A stretch of 59,941 bases of DNA, taken from an uncultured Candidatus Bathyarchaeia archaeon. Lineage in GTDB: Archaea; Thermoproteota; Bathyarchaeia; Bathyarchaeales; Bathycorpusculaceae. Under the pieces are notes generated by a model that saw nothing but the letters and a program-made list of their open reading frames with translations, had not been told where the DNA came from and searched no databases. The position numbers were made by a program, and so were the translations under genes. Shown here piece after piece: positions 55,335-59,941 of the stretch; the first letter of the stretch is position 1, and each line of letters begins with the position of its first letter. Where the stretch lies: assembly GCA_964450845.1 (NCBI GenBank), contig CAYVGZ010000002.1, forward strand, positions 1 to 59,941, written 5' to 3'.

Positions 55335-55469
55335 CTTTGGATTCCTCCAATAACGTTAGCTATATGAATCGATATATACGAGATTATAATGCTTGAGGCG
55401 TCTATAGAAGGGTGAAGTCTGGTTGAATGAAATATTTAGGCTAGAATTGCTTGGTTCAGTTCAGTTGGT

Positions 55470-55487
55470 TGGGGTGAAGTTTTATCC
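55470..55487 (-). repeat. Palindromic repeat copy B (inverted)
   Basis: TGGGGTGAAGTTTTATCC inside a TTGGTTGG...CCAACCAA stem. Confidence 0.85.
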
Positions 55488-55566
55488 AACCAACCAAAAT
55501 CACGATGAATGCGGAAAAGTTATAGCTGAATCGAAGTTATGTTTGTTGAGAAATGAGTTGATTTTC

Positions 55567-56004
55567 ATGGCGATAGATTATCAACGAATGATGGATGGAA
55601 CACATCCCCCTATTGAAAAAGAGATAGCAGATTTCATAGGAGAGCCAGCAAAAGGGGCTTGGGTGAAGCTAAGACGGTTTCTCAAAGAAAACTATGACAT
55701 CGAGCCTGAAATGATTTTTAGTGGAAAACACGGGTGGGACTTTCGCTATCGCAAAAGTGGCAAAACCCTGGTCACGCTTACACCCGAGAAGGGTGCTGTT
55801 AGAATCCTCATAGTCCTTGGCAGAGAAGAATCTGAAAAAGCTCTTTCAATGCGGAATCAATTGAGTCCCCAAATGTATAAGCTGATAGAAAACACGAAGC
55901 AATTGCACGATGGGCGCTGGTTATGGATTAGACTATTTCAGACTAAGGATGCCGAGGACGTAGAGAAACTATTGCCGATTAAGAGAAAACCAAAGAAAAC
56001 GTAA
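55567..56004 (+). CDS. DUF3788 family protein
   Basis: GW..RYRKSGKTLVTL.P, HDGRWLWI...D.EDV.KLL..KR; start moved to ATG 55567. Confidence 0.8.
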   Translation: MAIDYQRMMDGTHPPIEKEIADFIGEPAKGAWVKLRRFLKENYDIEPEMIFSGKHGWDFRYRKSGKTLVTLTPEKGAVRILIVLGREESEKALSMRNQLSPQMYKLIENTKQLHDGRWLWIRLFQTKDAEDVEKLLPIKRKPKKT

Positions 56005-56047
56005 CTCGTGTGCTAAAAACTCGGTGTAAGGAACTTATCTTCAAGTC

Positions 56048-56437
56048 TCAGAAAAATCTGTATTTCTTTTGCTGTTCTTTCTCTGTCTCTTGAGATTCCG
56101 CGGGTTGATTATTTTCACCAGGAATAATGGTTACCTCCACATCTTTTTCTTGTTCCTCATCAACCTTCTCCATAACTTCGGGTTTTTGTTCCTCCGTTAC
56201 CTTCGCAGGTTCAGTCTTTTCAAGTTCTGTTTCTAGCTCTTTTTTCTTTAATTCCAGCTTTTCCGTAGCTTCGCGTTTCGCCTTAAGCTGTTCTTCTAAG
56301 TTCTTAATCGTCACTTTAACTTCAAGTGTATTTACTTCTTCCTGCAAAGTCTTTTCTCTTTCCGTTTCTGACTGTAATTTTTTTTCCAATCCTTCCTTTT
56401 TGTTTTGAAGGCTCCCAAATTCATTCTGCGAGGACAT
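56048..56437 (-). CDS. Acidic coiled-coil hypothetical protein
   Basis: E/K/Q-rich heptads; GGAAAA...ATG start. Confidence 0.6.
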   Translation of the reverse strand: MSSQNEFGSLQNKKEGLEKKLQSETEREKTLQEEVNTLEVKVTIKNLEEQLKAKREATEKLELKKKELETELEKTEPAKVTEEQKPEVMEKVDEEQEKDVEVTIIPGENNQPAESQETEKEQQKKYRFF

Positions 56438-56698
56438 GTTTTTCCATCGAATCCTTCTTGTTGTTTTAAAAATAATAAAGTTATGAATGCAGAATCTGAA
56501 TTCAAAAGGTATATAACGCCTTGTGCGCGCCGCATTGAACGGGATTATCTATACGGTAACGCCATAGCATAGCTTCAACAGAAAGAAATTCAAAAAGACT
56601 TGGAACTTGACCTTTTTATCCAGATCATTAAGAGGATGTTGGGAGGCATAGAATAGGCCTTCAGCGCCAAAAAACAAGAGAAAGAGAGGAGTTTTGTT

Positions 56699-57331
56699 TC
56701 ATGGTTGTGGGATTTTCCAAATCATGACTCGAGCTTCATGCCAATAATCATCATTTGGCAACCTATAAAGCTCAATCTCGCTTTCGCCAAGAATCCAAAA
56801 GACTCCTGCGCTGCCACCATAGGGACCAACAAGTCCTCCATAGGCAAACTGGTGAATGGTTCCGTTCTCAAATTCTCCAATCGTCTCATTAAACCTGCCA
56901 AAGACGTACACAAGTACTTCTGTCGTGTTCAACCCATGAGTAAGGTTCATCAGCCAGTAATCTCCTCCATAATCCGTCCAGTTATTTAGCCAACCGCTGT
57001 CGTATGCTGGGGCTGGTAACCATCCAGACATGTTAGCTATTGAAAAGCTTACAGCTGGTCCTTGTTCTCCTTTCAACGAATCCAAGAAGTCCTGTTCCGT
57101 GCCTGAATTGCCTTGGTCAAGCCATATTTCATACGCAGACTTGCCGTCTAAGCCGTCCGTGCCAGGTAATCCCTGTGATCCTTGAGGACCAGGGTCGCCT
57201 TCATCACCTTTAGGACCTTGAGGTCCCACTGCCAACTGCGTTGAAATCGCTGTTGAAATTAGACTGGCAGCCAGAATTGCTATGGCAAGCCCGATTAGAA
57301 ATGTTTTTCTCGTAACTATAATTTGTTCCAT
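56699..57331 (-). CDS. Membrane-anchored collagen-like protein
   Basis: TM, Gly-X-Y run GPQGPKGDEGDPGPQGSQGLPGTDGLDG, GKSAYE.W...SLKG insert, C-terminal beta domain; ATG 57331 after GGAGGTGA. Confidence 0.8.
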   Translation of the reverse strand: MEQIIVTRKTFLIGLAIAILAASLISTAISTQLAVGPQGPKGDEGDPGPQGSQGLPGTDGLDGKSAYEIWLDQGNSGTEQDFLDSLKGEQGPAVSFSIANMSGWLPAPAYDSGWLNNWTDYGGDYWLMNLTHGLNTTEVLVYVFGRFNETIGEFENGTIHQFAYGGLVGPYGGSAGVFWILGESEIELYRLPNDDYWHEARVMIWKIPQP

Positions 57332-57495
57332 TCTTTCACCTCCTTTGCTAATCTCTTTTATGACTTGCATTTCTGAAGAATAGTTAAAAAGTATTTAGCT
57401 TCACTTCGTGAGTCCATATGGATGTGGATCGCAAAAGTGGATTAAAAGGTTTATGCGCACGCTTCATTCGCACACTCACTCTCTGCGTGTGTGTG

Positions 57496-57513
57496 GGATA
57501 AAACTTTACCCCA
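57496..57513 (+). repeat. Palindromic repeat copy C
   Basis: GGATAAAACTTTACCCCA. Confidence 0.85.
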
Positions 57514-57759
57514 ACCAACCAACGACGGTTGTATGTATTCAAGAAAAAATCCTCATGGGCAGTATACTGAATTCGGAACGCATATACTTCAAAGGTGTGC
57601 CAAGAGAGTAGAACAAAGTACTTAGAACCATAATAGGGTATAGATATACATAGTATTGGAATCGAGTATACGCTCAACCAGTGGAAAATTGTGTCCTTGG
57701 ACAGATAGGCAAGTTTATAACCTCTTGCTGGCGAATAAGAAAGAAATGTTGGTGAGATT

Positions 57760-58200
57760 TTGGAAAAGGATGACGAAATGTTAGAGGAGCTGAAACAGAT
57801 ACGAACGCTGCTGACGCCCAAGCCCGCTCCACCTACACCGCCGCCTCCGAAAGGCTTGTGGAAAGAATTCATGGATTTTATATCCAAATACAAGGTCATG
57901 GGCTTGGCTGTGGCTTTCATTATGGCTGTTTACCTAGGCGCACTAGTACAGGCATTTGTCAAAGACTTCATAATGCCGATAATAGGCTTGGCATTGTCAG
58001 GCGCAGGAATCGGAAATCTATCAACGCTTAAGTTTGGAATCCCTTCCACGACTTTTGATGCCTCTGGAAACCCACCTACAGGCTATACTGGACAAATATT
58101 TGGAGTAGGAGACTTCTTGGTAGCATTAATAACTTTCATAATCGTGGCCTTTGTAATCTTCCTGCTCGTGAAGATCACCAAGAAGTGGGGCATAGAATAA
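57760..58200 (+). CDS. mscL: Large-conductance mechanosensitive channel family protein
   Basis: EFMDFISKYKVMGLAVAFIMA...LV..FV.D.IMPII, G.FL.A.I.FIIVAFVIF. Confidence 0.88.
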   Translation: MEKDDEMLEELKQIRTLLTPKPAPPTPPPPKGLWKEFMDFISKYKVMGLAVAFIMAVYLGALVQAFVKDFIMPIIGLALSGAGIGNLSTLKFGIPSTTFDASGNPPTGYTGQIFGVGDFLVALITFIIVAFVIFLLVKITKKWGIE

Positions 58201-58285
58201 CCCATCCCCCTTTTCTTTCTTGCCTTATGGAAAAGCACTAGAAAATTTGATATACGTAAAGAGCTACTAGAGAATCGTGGTAAGA

Positions 58286-58441
58286 ATGGGACTTTTGAAG
58301 AAAGCTAGAGAGAAAGCTGAGGGAGCCGCAAAGAAGACTGGTCAAGCAGCCGAGAAAGTAGGGAAAGAGGGCGTAAAGTTGGGAAAGAAAGGAACAATGG
58401 AAGTAAAAAAGACAGCCAAGAAAGTGAAAAAGAAACTTTAG
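58286..58441 (+). CDS. Small Lys/Ala-rich helical (LEA/CsbD-like) protein, 51 aa
   Basis: Own translation MGLLKKAREKAEGAAKKTGQAAEKVGKEGVKLGKKGTMEVKKTAKKVKKKL*; not in the ORF track. Confidence 0.6.
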   Translation: MGLLKKAREKAEGAAKKTGQAAEKVGKEGVKLGKKGTMEVKKTAKKVKKKL

Positions 58442-58555
58442 GCACATAATCCTTTGCTCACCTCAACCCATTTCTTTTCTTTGGACGTATTCTCTAACGC
58501 AACTTGTGCTCAAGCGAAGCACTTTTAGGCAGGTTCTATTGATAAAAGCAGTCAG

Positions 58556-58750
58556 GTGATACACTTGCCAGAACCTAAATTTGAATGGTACACGGACAAA
58601 GCAGGAAAATTCCGATTTCGTCTTGTAGCCCCGAATGGAGAAACAATTGCAACAAGCGAAGCCTACTCTTCAAAAGACGGATGCGTCAACGGAATCGAAT
58701 CAGTGAAGAAAAACGCTCCCATCGCAAAGATAGTGGAAGCCAAAGAGTGA
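58556..58750 (+). CDS. YegP / DUF1508 family protein
   Basis: FEWYTDKAGKFRFRLVAPNGETIATSEAYSSK...GIESVKKNA. Confidence 0.9.
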   Translation: MIHLPEPKFEWYTDKAGKFRFRLVAPNGETIATSEAYSSKDGCVNGIESVKKNAPIAKIVEAKE

Positions 58751-58792
58751 CAACCCAATCTGAACTACCTTCGTCCTCTTTTTTTTGTTGTT

Positions 58793-58810
58793 GGATAAAA
58801 CTTCACCCCA
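58793..58810 (+). repeat. Palindromic repeat copy D
   Basis: GGATAAAACTTCACCCCA inside a TTTTTTTGTTG...CAACAAAAAAA stem. Confidence 0.85.
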
Positions 58811-58890
58811 ACAAAAAAACAGGTATGCGGAAAAGTTATTGCTGAACTGAATCCATAGAACCAATCAGAATTGTGGACACTGGAAGGGGG

Positions 58891-59058
58891 GTGATAGTTA
58901 AGTTGAAAGAGTGGGAATGCGTGCAAGTTAACCACCACAAGGACATTGGCAAAGTGATTGAGGAATGGGAACGGAAAGGCTGGCGTCTCCATACCTATCA
59001 GGCGTCGGGATTTGGTGCGGATGTGAAGCATTACTTGCTGTTTGAGGAAGGTGAGTGA
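58891..59058 (+). CDS. Small DUF4177-like protein
   Basis: WE......IEEW..KGWRL......YLLFE pattern; GTG 58891 after GGAAGGGG. Confidence 0.6.
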   Translation: MIVKLKEWECVQVNHHKDIGKVIEEWERKGWRLHTYQASGFGADVKHYLLFEEGE

Positions 59059-59428
59059 ACAAAACAAGTTCAAAAAGCAATAGCGAAACATAAGAATGAA
59101 AAAGTGTAATAGAGCAATTCTCCATCACAGTTTGTAAGCAACTGTGACCCTTCTATTATCAGAGAAGAAGAACGATAACTGACTTCTTTCGTTACTTTGC
59201 GGGAGACATCTCCACTTGTCGCTGGTGCAAACTCGACCTCGACATGGCGTACTCGTTAGTTCAGCACACGTTTAAACGAATTTGACAGTTTTAAACGTAA
59301 GTATAAACCTAATCCCCCGCACTTTGTCGACACATCGGATTTTTTCGTAGCGTTAGCTAGGCTTTTCCAGTTTTTCTTCACGAAAAGGTTTTTATTATAT
59401 CTGACGAAAGAAGAATTCAGGTGCCCGT

Positions 59429-59941
59429 TTGGAGACAGAAACGAACGAATACGATGTGATATTCGCTGCGTTGAAACATCCTGTGCGCCGCCAAATTCTG
59501 CTTTTTCTTGAGCAGAAGGGTGAAGCGTCGTTTACAGAGATTCAGAAGACTGTAAGCATAGATGACACTGGTTTGATAAGTTATCATTTGGGAGAGTTAG
59601 CACCTTTAGTTGAGCAATCTGCGAGAGGGAAATATCGTCTTTCAGAAATAGGTCAAACAAGCATAGCGCTCTTTCGGAAAGTTGAGCAGGAGAAACAAAG
59701 GACAAGCACTGTAGTTCGTAGGGAACTTGGAAAGGCAATAGGCGAAATAGTCTTTCTTTTCCTTATTGTAGGTGTTACTCTAATGGCTCCATTAAGCATT
59801 GCCATGTACGTATCAGTTCAAAACTTGTATGCACCGACTCTGTCCTTTGGACAGACTGCAGACTTGTATTTAGTCGGGCTTTCCGGAATGATTTTAGGCG
59901 CAATTCTATTTGCCTTTTATGATCGACACTATTTTTCAAAG
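59429..59941 (+). CDS. ArsR-type winged-helix protein with C-terminal TM helices, 3'-truncated by window edge
   Basis: Own translation METETNEYDVIFAALKHPVRRQILLFL...SFTEI...SYHLGELAPLV...GKYRLSEIG then hydrophobic helices; frame open to the window end. Confidence 0.85.
   Translation, partial: METETNEYDVIFAALKHPVRRQILLFLEQKGEASFTEIQKTVSIDDTGLISYHLGELAPLVEQSARGKYRLSEIGQTSIALFRKVEQEKQRTSTVVRRELGKAIGEIVFLFLIVGVTLMAPLSIAMYVSVQNLYAPTLSFGQTADLYLVGLSGMILGAILFAFYDRHYFSK

Noticed and set aside
55423-55566. N-terminal extension of the DUF3788 ORF and the VGVKFYPT peptide recurring in three ORFs (55423, 57384, 58765)
   Set aside because: The peptide is just the translated DNA repeat, not a protein motif
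54654-59941. Integrated element or provirus at tRNA-Leu; CRISPR array
   Set aside because: No integrase, no duplicated tRNA 3' end and no viral genes in the window; repeat spacing (0.7-2 kb) is incompatible with CRISPR

Overview
Archaeal chromosomal segment, probably Bathyarchaeia or a related TACK lineage. This is inferred from the gene set (Zn-type Cren7-like protein, expanded HTH_45 regulators, DUF1616/DUF2206, tRNA with a non-canonical intron); no marker gene proves it. Layout: (i) 1-6.7 kb, a regulator-dense block with a type IV pilin and two roadblock/LC7 genes, bracketed by a ~35-bp inverted repeat. (ii) 6.8-40 kb, a ~33-kb cell-envelope and glycosylation locus: GT2/GT4 glycosyltransferases, duplicated Gfo/Idh/MocA + DUF362 modules, a CapK-like ligase, an epimerase, a flippase, a 1533-aa surface protein and a beta-helix protein. 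It ends in an unusual multi-domain exosortase/archaeosortase with two adjacent PEF-CTERM-like substrates, one of which looks like a thioester-domain (TED) covalent adhesin. (iii) 40-54.7 kb, housekeeping genes (IMPase/FBPase, Hsp20, RPA, pstSCAB-phoU, rpiA, three tRNAs). (iv) after tRNA-Leu, accessory small genes punctuated by four copies of a 20-bp palindromic repeat. All family assignments are from motif recognition by eye; no database search was run.
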